Positions 49,300-62,689 of a DNA stretch of 64,000 nt are shown in pieces (positions within the stretch are counted from its first letter, which is position 1; each line of letters begins with the position of its first letter). The notes beneath the pieces are model-generated. The model searched no databases. It was given only the letters and a program-made list of their open reading frames with translations, and was not told where the DNA came from. The translations under genes and the position numbers were made by a program. The DNA is from Octopus sinensis. Its lineage: Eukaryota. The stretch is from the NCBI RefSeq assembly GCF_006345805.1, contig NC_043000.1:14136001-14200000 (forward strand), read 5' to 3'.

Positions 49300-50270
49300 A
49301 TCTGGAACTTTTTGGCAGTATCCATCCAGGGACCATTTCAATACCATGAGATCTTTTCTTCCCTTGTGTATCCTAGCATGATGTTAAAGACAGCAGGGTC
49401 TGTTAAAGTGAAATAGTTCTGGCTCAGTGTTGTGATGTCATGCAAATATGATTTTTGCAGCAGATAGTTGGCACAAGGACCAAGCCTCGGGTGAATTTTA
49501 AAGTTGATGCCCACATCATTTGTACAATGTTGATGGAATATTTTCCACATCCCACAAATGAGATAGTGCTCATGATAATGTTGGAGAGAAATTAGTTTCT
49601 GAAGCTGGTCCCAGTAATCAAGACTGGCTATGATATTGTGTGATTAATTTCTAGGGTGCTTCAACTTTTATAAAAGATCACAGCAGACAACTACTGAAGC
49701 TGAGGATGGCAGATATAGAGAAGAGAAGTAGGAGTGCCTTTGAACTAGAAAGTCAGCGATCCAGAAGCACTCCCAACAGGCCAGGTCACTTTGCTGTTCG
49801 TGTGGGCACTCCAGGTTAAATTGTTGTCAGCAGTTACTCTAAGGTCCCTTGTGGTGTTTCATACCACTTACATTTTGCTTGAAGGAAAAGCATATGGTAG
49901 CTTAAGTGCAGGCTCTTTACTGGAGTGAATTAATTCAAATTTACAGATGTTTAGCTGCATATTGTGTTTTCCACCCCTTGGAGAACAGTGAGCAGGTCTG
50001 ATTGTCTGGTCCCCTACCCTGCAGGCAACCTTCAAAAGCTTTGAGTCATCCACAAAAATTCTGTGCTGCTGTGTTTGATGAAGATATCATTAGTGTAAAT
50101 AATGAAGAGGATTCGCCCAATACAGTGCCAGTGAAACTCCTTGCCGATCTTGATCAAACGCCATAAGTCATTATATGTTGGGTTTCTATTCACCAGGAAA
50201 CACTCAATCCACTTTAAAAGTTTTCCTCAGACTCCAATGTTGGATAGTTTCTTCAACAGGATGTTGTAAT
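49300..50270 (-). pseudogene. CR1/L2-group LINE reverse transcriptase remnant
   Basis: Fragments in order: LLKKLSNIGV*GKLLKWIECFL, ILFIIYTNDI, FVDDSKL (from FADDTKL), NMQLNICK and DNNLTWSAH. Confidence 0.7.
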
Positions 50271-50305
50271 CATATTGGTATATATATATATATATATATA
50301 TATAT

Positions 50306-51012
<707 letters not shown>

Positions 51013-52029
51013 GTATGCATATATATGTATGTATGTATGTATGTATATAGTCCCTAATGGACTGCTTTCTGGATTCTCTTGGCATCCTCTTCTCTGACAT
51101 CCTGAATTACCATGTCCCTCCTTGACACCGCCCCCACTCCAATGGGCCTAATCCTAGTCCCTGCTTATTTGTCTGTGTCTCATTATTTCTATGAGCTTGA
51201 GGGTTTTTTTTACAGAAAGAAAATGCCACGGGGAGTACAATATTCAGTACTTTGAACAGAGTCCTTCTTCAGCATAAAACTATTAGGAGGGAAATCTGGC
51301 TGCAACTGATGAGGAACACAAGACAAAGTGGGCTACATGCATAGACAGGAAGCAGTAGAAAAAAGAAATGAAAAGAGGAGAATCTGGTGAAGGTGAAATG
51401 AAGGGAAAAAAGAAGTGAGAGTGGAGCTGAACGATAAGAAAGACTAACATACATTTAAACCCATCAGTAACATATGTCCAGGTTCAAGTATAAAGCAATG
51501 TTCCTTCCACTTCTTTGAATATGCAGAGATACTGCAGACTAATGAGCAATGTTCTGTTGAAGTGGATTGTGGCAGGTTAGATACTAGTAATGGGCTCCCG
51601 AAACTGCTCAACAAAAGACTTCTTTCGCATCAAAATAATGAGCATCACAAAATTGAAGATGATGCAGTAAAGTTGGAAGATGTGCAACAGAAGTTATAGG
51701 TAATGTGGGATTGTAACATAGGCCCAGTGGCAGTTGTAGTGTTGTTAGTGTAGGAGCAACATACAACCAGGCATGCTTAAAAGTGCATGGTTGTGTGAAA
51801 CAGAGCAGTATGGAGTTTCTAACCAGAAGGTTACCAATGTCTCAAACTTTCTTTGACGGCAAGTAAAGTGGTGTAAGAAAGATTCAAAGGCTACAGATAA
51901 GTTTGTGTTTCAGTGGCCTGGTAGAAAGTGAGAGTGTATGGAATCTGATCTGTAGATGCACATAAAGCAGGTAGGAGAGCAGCAATGATGTTGATGGTCT
52001 GGACCCAGCAAAGTGCAGGGGTCCACAAC

Positions 52030-53060
52030 CAATTCAAAAAAGAAATGTCGCATCCTCTCAATTCATTTGCCTTTGCTGACTCTAGTTTTGATTCAGATTT
52101 CGATTCCCAGTGTCATTAGTAGAGTTACATTTCAGAAAATCAAGGTCAATGAAGCCCTTGTCATCTCAGAAGTTAGTCACCATGATTTTCTGGTCTGCTT
52201 GCTGGCTCTTGAACCTCTCAGGCCTTGGAGATGAGGTGTGACACTACTCCATGGACTTGTAGCAGATTCAATACTGAATCGCTGGACAGCTGAGTAGACA
52301 TCACAGCTAAGCCACAGTCGTTTCACGTGAACTATCTCATTGAACTCTATATAAAGTTGTTTTTGGCGATAAAACCAGAATGCTGAGGCCACCGCTTGAC
52401 GTCTCCATTTTCATTGCAGTTAGAAGAGACAGATTTGGTCATCATGAACATAGCACGATTATTTTCTAGTTGCGATGGGCCAACCACAGATTGACATATA
52501 TAGCAATTAGATTGTTGTAGACACCACTCGTATGTGTCTCCTGGCACGCAACTGTCACTGTTATTTTTCAACCAAAGACCAACACAAAAAACACCACATG
52601 CAGTAAATAAAACGTCTGTTAATTGTTTGTGAGTATTGTTAATCGCTTTTACGCGCAGCTTTTACACGACATTTTTGCTTATCAAGTACAAATGACACTT
52701 CCAGACAGACCAAAGTTGCGTCCACATTCCATTCGGTTACCTGCGGGGGGAAAAAATGTCTGTTTTCATAGGCTTCAAACGTTTCTAGCAGATCAGAACA
52801 GACTTTCATCATTGTCAACTTCAAATCAGTTGTCAACAAACTGAGGTACTCACTTCGCACACACTTTCCCATACTCAAAGTCTTCCATTATCTTTAATGC
52901 ATCGTAACCACAGTCCAGGTGTGCAGCAAACTCACAGATTCTGACTTGTCTTTCTGTGCAAATCATTTCATCCACTCACTGGCGATTCGTGTCAGTGATC
53001 GCAGTTAATGGTCTCTCAACATATTCGTATACGAAACATCGTAAGTTTCGGTACTGGCTC
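52030..53060 (-). pseudogene. Fossil mariner (Tc1/mariner) transposase fragments
   Basis: RPLTAITDTNRQ*VDEMI, EYGKVCAK*VP, LTTDLKLTMMKVCSDLLE and SME*CHTSSPRPERFKSQ...KIMVTNF*DDKG match the mariner GRP, KVCARWVP, QSMEW and VFWD blocks. Confidence 0.7.
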
Positions 53061-53166
53061 TGAATTCTATAGAAAATCTGTAGAGAAAAAATTTAAAATG
53101 AGAACATTACACTTCTAATACAAAACTAAAGCACAATATTAACCTGTAAACCTTTAATATACAGAA

Positions 53167-53437
53167 ACTGAAAGAAGCTCGTTGTATATATATATATATA
53201 TATATATATATGTCTGTCTGTGTGTGTGTGTGTATGTGCACGTTCGTGCGTCTGTGTTTGTCCCCCCAACACACCTGATGCTGGTGTGTTTACGTCCCCG
53301 TAACTTAGCGGTTCGGCAAAAGAGACCGATAGAATAAGTACTAGGCTTACAAAGAATATGTCCTGGGGTCGATTTGTTAGACTAAAGGCGGTGCTCCAGC
53401 GTGGCCACAGTTACATGACTGAAACAAGTAAAGAGTA
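53167..53437 (+). mobile_element. SINE family A, 5'-truncated
   Basis: The 3' half matches family A through GACTGAAACAAGTAAAGAGT. Confidence 0.85.
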
Positions 53438-53947
53438 TAGAATTTCAACTCAAGTTATAGGAATATGGGTGTATGTGTGTATGTCGGAATATTAAAAATT
53501 AAGTTGTTTCGACTAATTTCATTTTACATACAAGTTCCTTTGTCTAAAATAATTTTCAGCATTTCAGAGTCTGAGAAACCTCAAAATCAAGAAATCTTTT
53601 CTCTTATAAAAATCAACGCGTGAAAAACGGACCGTCATTACTGATCGTCAGGCGAAAGCAAAAATAATCCGTGCGCAAATGCGACTCACATGTACATGGG
53701 AAAACGTACACACAAGCACCCACTCACACATACATACGGTCTCATAAACAAAACATTTATAACAAGGACACATGCATATAGACACCTTAAGTACATACAA
53801 ACACATGCACATTAAAAGCGTCATGAAAGTTACGCAAAGTGATTGTCAAAATTATCAATGTCATTTGTTTGCATAAATCTCAGTCTTTCCTTTACATACA
53901 TTATCTTATATTTTACTTGTCTCACTCAATAGACTGATATATATATA

Positions 53948-54310
53948 CGAGCAAAACGCTCCCCGTCCAATGGACGGTGTTGAGTTGGCAAACATTTAAC
54001 CCAAATTTTCTCGAAACAACTTGTCCGACAGTCCCATAGAAACACTGATTTAACCTAAATTTGAGACACCAGCAAAAGAAGAAATAAAGATATCGATCGC
54101 AACAGCTGATGTACTTGCGCGTACAAATGCACGTTCCCATGGCTTTATCGATCTCATCTCACCTGGAATCGATTTTTGTAATTTTTTCAAGACTTATACA
54201 CGCCCTGATACTGTCGGTATCTACATATCAAATTTGAGAGGAATCGGATGAAGGATGCCCGAGATCCTAGAAGATACACGCACAGACAGACAGAACGGAT
54301 TTTGTATAAT
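53948..54310 (-). mobile_element. Helitron-like non-autonomous element (family H3)
   Basis: Hairpin CCGTCC-AAT-GGACGG (53963-53977) near a CTCG|T end (degenerate CTAG). The other end, ACAGACAGACAGAACGGATTTT.TATA, is typical of Helitron 5' ends in reverse. Confidence 0.5.
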
Positions 54311-54317
54311 TAATATA

Positions 54318-54364
<47 letters not shown>

Positions 54365-54850
54365 TATGTTCGTCTTTAAGTCATTCGGACTGAATTGCTT
54401 TCCATCTAATTTTAGCAGTTTTTTGATAGCGTTAAGTAAAATTAATATTTATATTTATTTGAGAGCATATTGTTATGTCATCTTATTCATTCTTCAACAA
54501 CTTTTCAACACATCATTTTTATATTTAATGAAAACCGGACATTCTTATCTCATCCACACTGCCCAGTTACAAGTATTTTAACACACAAAACTTATTGATG
54601 GATATCACGGTGGAATGATACAAAGTTCGGAAGGGCTTCATCTTTTTTGCAGAGGGCAATAAACACTTTGATACAACCAATCACCGATTGTGCCCCATCA
54701 GTAGAGATCGCAGAGATCTTGTGCAGGGGCATATCCTGATAGTCGGTATCTACATATCAAATTTGAGAGGAATCGGATGAAGGATGCCCGAGATCCTAGA
54801 AGATACACGCACAGACAGACAGAACGGATTTTATATAAATATTATAATAA

Positions 54851-54894
<44 letters not shown>

Positions 54895-55271
54895 ATATAT
54901 ATATATGTTCGTCTTTAAGTCATTCGACTGAATGCTTTCCATCTAATTTTAGCAGTTTTTTGATAGCGTTAAGTAAAATTAATATATTTATTTGAGAGCA
55001 TATTGTTATGTCATTCTTATTCATTCTTCAACAACTTTTCAACACATCATTTTTATATTTAATGAAAACCGGACATTCTTATCTCATCCACACTGCCCAG
55101 TTACAAGTATTTTAACACACAAAACTTATTGATGGATATCACGGTGGAATGATACAAAGTTCGGAAGGGCTTCATCTTTTTTGCAGAGGGCAATAAACAC
55201 TTTGATACAACCAATCACTGATTGTGCCCCATCAGTAGAGATCGCAGAGATCTTGTGCAGGGGCATATCCT
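54204..55271. repeat. ~530-bp tandem duplication (2 copies)
   Basis: Copy 1 is ~54204-54734 and copy 2 is ~54735-55271. They are nearly identical apart from the microsatellite. Confidence 0.95.
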
Positions 55272-55500
55272 ATTTCTTTATTACCCACAAGGGGCTAAAG
55301 ACAGAGGGGACAAACAAGGACAGACATAGGTATTAAGTCGATTACATCGACCCCAGTGCGTAACTGGTACTTAATTTATCGACCCCGAAAGGATGAAAGG
55401 CAAAGTCGACCTCGGCGGAATTTGAACTCAGAACGTAACGACAGACGAAATACTGCTACGCATTTCGCCCGGGGTGCTAACGTTTCTGCCAGCTCGCCGC
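55269..55500 (-). mobile_element. SINE family B, young full copy
   Basis: GCGGCGAGCTGGCAGAAACGTTAGCA head, GAGTTCAAATTCC B box, and the complete 3' part. Confidence 0.9.
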
Positions 55501-55842
55501 ATATCCATTATCAGCATTCCTTCGATATAGCTCGACAAGGTAAAGACATTTCACTTCGAGTATTTCCATGGGTTGTGGAGTATAGATATAACGAAATTAT
55601 GCCAGCAACGTTTCCTTTTTGAACTCGAAGAAAAAAAGCCTTGCATATTTGTTCTCACCTGTTTCGTGTGTGTATGTAAAATCTGCAAATTTCCAAGCAG
55701 AAAACAGAATCGAACAGTCATTTGCTTCCACGGAAATACCCGAAGTGAAGAGTTTTGATTTTGTCGAGTTATATCGAAAGAATGCCCAATTACCATCCAT
55801 TGCATATAGTTTGAATACGTTTTGAATATCGTCGCCTGTTGT

Positions 55843-56365
55843 CAGTGGCGTAGCTAACAAGAGAGCAAGGGGAGCGATCGTTCCCGCCGAGCACAATTTT
55901 CGAAATTGGCGAAATTTTCAAAAATTTAATTCGCTTGTGCGATAAAAGTCGAATCATTATTCTTTTTTATTTCTTTCGTTAATCGCATGGTCTTGGAAGA
56001 ACTTTCTGGAGTCATTACTTTCTTTGACCAATCTTCCGTGTTTTTGAACTGTCTGTTGATTCTCCTGTGATGTACTGGTGGCTGCTGACATCTGAAGAAC
56101 CAGAAGTAACCGTCACGTCATAACCTCTCGACACAGGACTATCCCATGGAGTTTCATCTTTTTCACGCCACACGCTATACCAGTAGTTGAAAGTTTCATA
56201 CATTACGACATCGTTACTGAAACATGGAATAAATGAATGTAGACTACAATTATCGTATATTATAACTAATGAATTAGTACGCAAAACTGTTTGGTTTGTG
56301 TCATGGAGCCTTTTATTTTTTTAATTACTCGCTTCCACTGATTTTAGAACTAGGCTACACCTCTG
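55843..56365. mobile_element. MITE with ~12-bp imperfect TIRs and an 8-9-bp TSD (Mutator- or hAT-like)
   Basis: CAGTGGCGTAGC ... GCTACACCTCTG. Flanks are GCCTGTTGT (55834-55842) and ACCTGTTGT (56366-56374). Confidence 0.7.
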
Positions 56366-56406
56366 ACCTGTTGTTTACCATTTCGTGGGTAATATTTCCA
56401 ATTGCT

Positions 56407-56790
56407 AAGGCGGCGAGCTGGCAGAAACGTTAGCACGCCGGGCGAAATACTTAGCGGTATTTCGTCTGCCGTTACGTTCTGAGTTCAAATTCCGCCGAGT
56501 CGACTTTGCCTTTCATCCTTTCGGGGTCGATATAATCGATTTAATCTGTCTGTCCTTGTTTGTCCTCTCTGTGTTTAGCCCCTGTGGATAGAAAGGAAAT
56601 AGGTATTTTGTCTGCCGTTATGCTCTGAGTTCAAATTCCGCCGAGGTCAACTTTGCTTTTCATCTTTTCGGGGTCGATTAAATAAGTACCAGTTACGCAC
56701 TGGGGTCGATATAATCGACTGGCCCCCTACTCAAAAATTTTCGGGCCTTGTACCTAGAGTAGAAAAGAATAATTCCAGTTGCTTGCTGTT
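56407..56790 (+). mobile_element. SINE family B plus a tandem partial copy
   Basis: Head at 56407; a second central domain from ~56605. Confidence 0.85.
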
Positions 56791-56924
56791 ATATATCTTC
56801 AACAAAGTCTATTTAGTAACACTAGACGTTTTTAATATGCCTAATGTACAATTTGTTTAATGCATGTTAAACTCAACAAAAAAATGACATTGACAAATAA
56901 ATCAGAAGTGATAGATTTCATATT

Positions 56925-57870
56925 GGCGGAAGCATAGCTATGTAGTTAAGAAGTTCGTTTTGCAGCCACATATGATTTCGGGTTCAGTCCCTCTGCGTGG
57001 CAGCTTGGTTTAGTATTTTCTGCCAACCAATGCTTTATGAGTGATTTGGAAGGAAACTGTCTGGAAGCCGGTTTTGTGTGTGCGTGTAGGTGTTTGTGTA
57101 TGTACCCAACTACCGTGTGACAACCGATGCTGGTTTGTTTATATCTCCGTAACCTAGCGGTTCTGCAAAAGTAACCAATAAAATAAGTACCAGACTTAAA
57201 AATAAGTACTGGAGTCAAAGAGTGGGAGACTTCCGCCCGTCCGCCCACCATTTTCTCTCAAATTTGTTTATTTTGTAATTATTTTTGCCAAAAATCCCCG
57301 TTTTCGGATACGGAAGTTTTGGAAAATTGCCAAAAATCGGCATTGTGAAATCACCCCCCTTTCCCCCCAACTTCTTCAATTTTGACTTTTTTCCCCAACA
57401 CTAACCCTAATCCTGAACCCTAAAACCCTAACCCTAACTCTAAAACCCTAACCCATCCTAACCGTAAGTACAGAAATGTTTTGAAATTTTTGTCCGAATC
57501 ATAATATTCATATATTTCCGCATATTTAAAAAAAAAAAATTCTTAAAAAAAAATTTACAAAGATTTTTGGAAATTTTTTTCAGAATCATAATCTCCGTAT
57601 TTTTCCGCATATTTTGAAAAAAAAATTGTGAAAAAAGTTTGAAATGAAGGAAAGGGGGTTGGGTGGTAATTTAGAAATGTCGATTTTGCCAATTTTTTTT
57701 TTGCAGATTCGAATTCCCCGTAGCCGAAAAGGGGGTTTGTGTCGAAAAAAAAGAAAGAAAAGATTTTAAAGAGGTTTGGTGGGGGGAAGGGCGAAAGTCT
57801 TGCCAAAATAAGTACTGGAGTCAAACGGTTCGAATAAACCCTTCAAGGCAGCGATTCCGCATGGCCACCA
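56925..57870 (+). mobile_element. Diverged SINE family A interrupted by a fold-back element
   Basis: The SINE sequence is continuous once 57220-57825 is removed. Confidence 0.75.
57220..57804. mobile_element. Unclassified 585-bp fold-back element with a 21-bp TSD
   Basis: AAAATAAGTACTGGAGTCAAA at 57199-57219 and 57805-57825. Diverged inverted arms ~57224-57392 and ~57630-57804, with a CCCTAA cluster at 57402-57462. Confidence 0.8.
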
Positions 57871-59103
57871 TGCCCGTCGGTAAGTTTACTGGATGGCACT
57901 GCCTCCTCATTATTCAATAGTGCACTCTGAGATTTAGAAAATACATTTTACAAAAACCTTCCCGCAATACATATTAGTGTCCGCCCAGAATATTCTAAAG
58001 CACCCCCAGAACTAGTCTGGCAACGCGCCTGATGGCTGCAGTCTATTAACTGAAATAAGTAAAAGGTAAACGGAAAATAAATCATTGAGTCTAAAATCGA
58101 ACCTCTAGCATCTCTGTTTCGATAATGCATTGTTTCTTTTCCTTTTTCTTTTCTAGTAAATCAAATATAAAATTAAATTTTTTAACCCCTTATCACAAAC
58201 TGCCGCCTACGATAATTGGTTGGGGAAAATATCAGCGGTTTTCACTTTCGAACTTAAACATTCCGGTTTTGAATTCGAAGAAAGTTACCTGCTACATGTT
58301 CATCTTTTGTAATAAAGTCACTAAACGCTATTCTTACCGTAACTCTTACCACAACTATCTGCGTTGTATCTGTTGACTCGTCATATTGTAGTCAGAACCA
58401 GTCCACACACTACCAAATCGTTCGTTAGCTGAATTTGCATGTCTGTTAAATTACATACATTGTTCATATAAATGGTGGTGTATTATATTTGGAAACGACT
58501 GTACATCTTCTACTAATATTATCTCTCGTTTGTTTGGAAATCCAATAAATACGCAAGTTACCACCGCCACCGTCACACCGAAATGCTTCTTTTAATAACT
58601 CACTTTTCTGGAACGGTTTCTTCTTTTTCTTTTTTATTATTGTCTCTGTGACAAATGAGAAATTTTGAAGGAAGCAAAAGCGTCATTTTTAGATTTCACT
58701 ACGTTTCTAGTATAAAACTGACTGACGACCAGATAGACTTGATTTTAGTTGATTTATTTTCTGTTTTCTTATTTTAGATTTAAGTGGGTGGCTATTATTA
58801 AAAGAGTGTGATTAGACTGGAAATGACATTCAACATTATGTTTGCTATTGCAATAAATACTTCCACACAATAATCAAATACATCTTTAAAATAGATGAAA
58901 TAACAGGCTTCTTTCTTTCCACTCCATTATAAAATTGTACGTTTCTTGCCTTTTATCTACTTGAGCTCATTTCTCCCTCTGGAGTTTTGGTCATCGACTT
59001 TTCTCCATTGTTTTCGACTCATGGATGTATGGCCTTCATCTTCTAAATCTTGTTAGTTTAGAATTGTCATCGATGCTCTGTAACTTGGCTTTTTCCTCCT
59101 CTA

Positions 59104-59517
59104 GATCTTTTCGGTTTGAACGGCAGTTTTTAACATAATTTCTAGGTAAGTAAAAAATTTTAAACTTCGTATACTGGTAGAATATGTTTATAAAACATCT
59201 TTTTCTCTTGGCTTTATTGAGAAAATTCTATAGTTTGTAAGATATTTGTTGTTGTTTTCTTCAATTTCTGCAATTTCAACCAACCACTGACGTCCATTGA
59301 CATAAACAACATTCTGTGCCGTATGAATATGTCCCTCGTTTAAAAAACAGATTGGGTTTATTTACATTTGTGAAGAAAAAAAGATACCCTTCCCCCCACC
59401 CCTAACCCTAACCCTAAAGTAGATTGAAATGCAATAGATCGATACTAGGGTCATAATTATGGGTGACAATTTCATATGACACCGCTAGAAAAAACTGCCG
59501 TTCAAACCGAAAAGATC
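59104..59517 (-). mobile_element. GATC-ended MITE, second copy
   Basis: Same TIRs and body as 11127-11534, in the opposite orientation. Confidence 0.9.
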
Positions 59518-59809
59518 CGGTAGGGTTGTTGGTACTACGTGAACAAGTGTTTACTTTTGAGAAGAGGTTGTCCTTACTAGTCTGGGCTCAATTCTGTTAC
59601 CTGTCTAGCTGGGGAGGTTCTACCTGGAGCTTGCGCTCGGCTGGCATAGCTCTCAGGGTCATTGAAACATACGAGCCACGATACCGCAACAAGGACTGGA
59701 CCTTACGGTGGTTATCTTTTACCTGGGTCACTCATTTGGGGAGTTAGAAGGTAAAACAAAAAACATCAAGTCACAAAAAATAAAAACAACTCGTTAAATA
59801 TTGGTTTTA

Positions 59810-60230
59810 AATTTTGGCCCAAGGCCAGTAATTTCAGGGGAGGGGGTTAGTCGATTACATCGAAACCAGTGGCCAACTGGTCCCTATCTTATCGACTCTG
59901 AAAGGATAAAAGGCAAAGTCGACCTCTGCAGCATTTGCGCTCAGAACGTAAAGACGGACGAGATGCCGCTAAACATTTTGTCCGGCACAGTAAACTTATC
60001 TTTTGTAAAATTTGGTTTCAAATTTTAGGACAAGGTCTGCAATCTCGGAATAGTGGTCAGTTGACTACATCTATCCCAGCACTCAACTGCTACTTATTTT
60101 ATAGACCCTGAAAGGATCAAAGGCAAAATCGACCCCGGCGGAATTTGACCTCAGAACGTAAAGACGGACAAAATATCACTTAGCATTTTGTCCGGCGTAC
60201 TATAGATACTGCTGGCTCACCACCTTATCT
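59810..60230 (-). mobile_element. Two decayed SINE family B copies
   Basis: GAAAGGATAAAAGGCAAAGTCGACCTC and GGAATTTGACCTCAGAACGTAAAGACGG motifs. Confidence 0.7.
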
Positions 60231-60804
60231 TTAGTGAAATATTGCGATTTAAATGTATGCAACTTTAATACAAGCATTATTTAAAATATTATTTGAAAAG
60301 TTTCATTGTGGACCCAGAGTAATTCGGTGTGAAAATATGGTGCAAATCACCCTCTGCCAACACTTTTCCCCTCCACATCTTCACCATATGGGGCCCTAAC
60401 AAAATCCGATAATAGGTATAAATGCAAATCTATCTAATTAGTTGTCTCCTTCTAAAATCAGGCATAACTTGGCGATCGGTCAATTTACAACACCGTTCTT
60501 CGTCTTGGGTTTACTTGGTAGAGTGAGTTTGTTAACTTGACAACAAGGTGAAGGTGAGTTCTGATTGGCTGTATGCAAATGAATTCATTACTGGGGTCCG
60601 GAACTCCCGTGGGAAAAATTCCCGTTTCGCTCAAGTGTATAGAAACAGAGGCTTCTAGCACATACGGATCTGCTCTCGTCGCCGCTAAGCTCCAGAGATC
60701 AAATATACATATTTAAACAAAACGACATCGGTACAATGAAGTCTTGAATTGCTGGTTTCGTCTTACCTCTGCACTACCATCTAGTGGGTGGTGAACGATA
60801 TGCA

Positions 60805-61010
60805 TTTTTTTTATTTGTTTCAGTCATTTGACTGCGGCGATGCTGGAGCATTGCCTTTAGTCGAACAAATCGACCCCAGGACTTATTCTTTGTAAACCTA
60901 ATACTTATTCTATCAATCTCTTTTGCCGAACCGCTAAGTGACGGGGACGTAAACACACCAATATCGGTTGTCAGGCGATGATGGTGGGGGGAACAAACAT
61001 AGACACACAA
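60805..61010 (-). mobile_element. SINE family A, 3' half
   Basis: TTGTTTCAGTCATTTGACTGCGG ... GGACGTAAACACACCA. Confidence 0.85.
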
Positions 61011-61019
61011 AGATATCTA

Positions 61020-61028
61020 TCTATCTAT

Positions 61029-61095
<67 letters not shown>

Positions 61096-61106
61096 GTATG
61101 TATATA

Positions 61107-61148
<42 letters not shown>

Positions 61149-61873
61149 GTATATGTGTATGTATTTGTATGTGTATGCATGCGCGTATATGTATGTATAT
61201 GTATACGTGTGGGTGTATGTATGTGTGTATATATGTATGTATGTATGGGTGTATGTATGTATGTATGTATGCGGATATGTGTATGTATGTGTATATGTAT
61301 ATATATGTATATATGTGTGTATATATGTATATATATATATAGTATGTGTATGTGTGTATGTATATATATATGTGTGTGTATATATGTATGTATGTATTTG
61401 TATGTAGGTGTATATGTATGTGTGTATATATATTTGGTGTATATGTATAGACTAGTCTTCTAAGATTGTAGACATGAATCTGTAGGTACGCGTACGTATG
61501 TGTATATACGTGTATGTATGTAGATGTATGTATGTATGAATATAACGCGTGCGTGCGTGTATGTGTATGAGTGTACGAATGAGAGTGTGTGTGCGTGCTA
61601 ATGAGTGTGCGTGCGTGAGTGAGTGCTTGTGCTCAAGTAGAAAGATAAAAGGGACTAGCCAAGATGTTTGTGACCAGCGGTCAAAGATAACGAAAGTAAT
61701 AAATGAAGATAATAAAATTAAAATTAGGGAATGGGTTTGTAATTGTATGTATATATGTGTGTATGTGTAGGTATGAATAGGTACACATATGTATGTATGT
61801 GTGTGTATGTATGTGTATATGTGTGTGTGTGTGTATACGTACATATATATGTGTATGGATAGGTACACATATG

Positions 61874-61912
<39 letters not shown>

Positions 61913-62184
61913 TGTGTGTGTGTTGTGTGTGTACATACATGTGTGTGTATATGTATATATGAGTATATAGGGACTTGTGTGTTGTGTGTGCATGTGTGTA
62001 TGTGGATATGTGTGTGTATGTATGTATGTGTATGTGTGTGTATGTATATATTTTTTTGTGTGTATGTGTATGTGTGGTCGTGTGTGTGTATATATACATG
62101 TGTGTGTGTATATGTATATGTGATGTGTGTATGCTTGTATATGTATATATATATATATACATATGTGTATATATATATTATATG

Positions 62185-62236
<52 letters not shown>

Positions 62237-62340
62237 TATATGTAGATATATGTATGTATATGTGGTGTGTGTATATATATATAGATATATATATGGGTGT
62301 GTGTGTATGTATGTGTGTATGTATATGTGTGTGTGTTGAG
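61020..62340. repeat. Compound (AT)/(GT)/(ATGT) microsatellite field
   Basis: Direct reading. Confidence 0.9.
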
Positions 62341-62623
62341 AATTTCCTTATTTACCTAAAACTCTATTCTTCTATATATTTTTTGTATTTTATTCTTTTT
62401 TTATTCTTTTATTTATTCTTCTATCTAATTTACACTGACTCCTTGACCACTCCCCCAAGTATGATTTTTTTGCGCTATGCCTACCCCCAAAAAGTCCTCC
62501 ACCACCACCCCTATAAACCTGCCTAAATGTATAATGCCAATACAATTCTTGTTAAATAGCTTCCTGAAGATTTCTCTTGAATGAAACAGTTCTAGTCCTG
62601 TAGAAGCTCCTTCTATATAATAA

Positions 62624-62689
<66 letters not shown>

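Noticed and set aside
52741-52853. Apparent 113-bp GT-AG intron on the minus strand
   Set aside because: The sequence reads through as decayed mariner transposase (KVCAK*VP...VCSDLLE), so the splice-like signals are probably coincidental.
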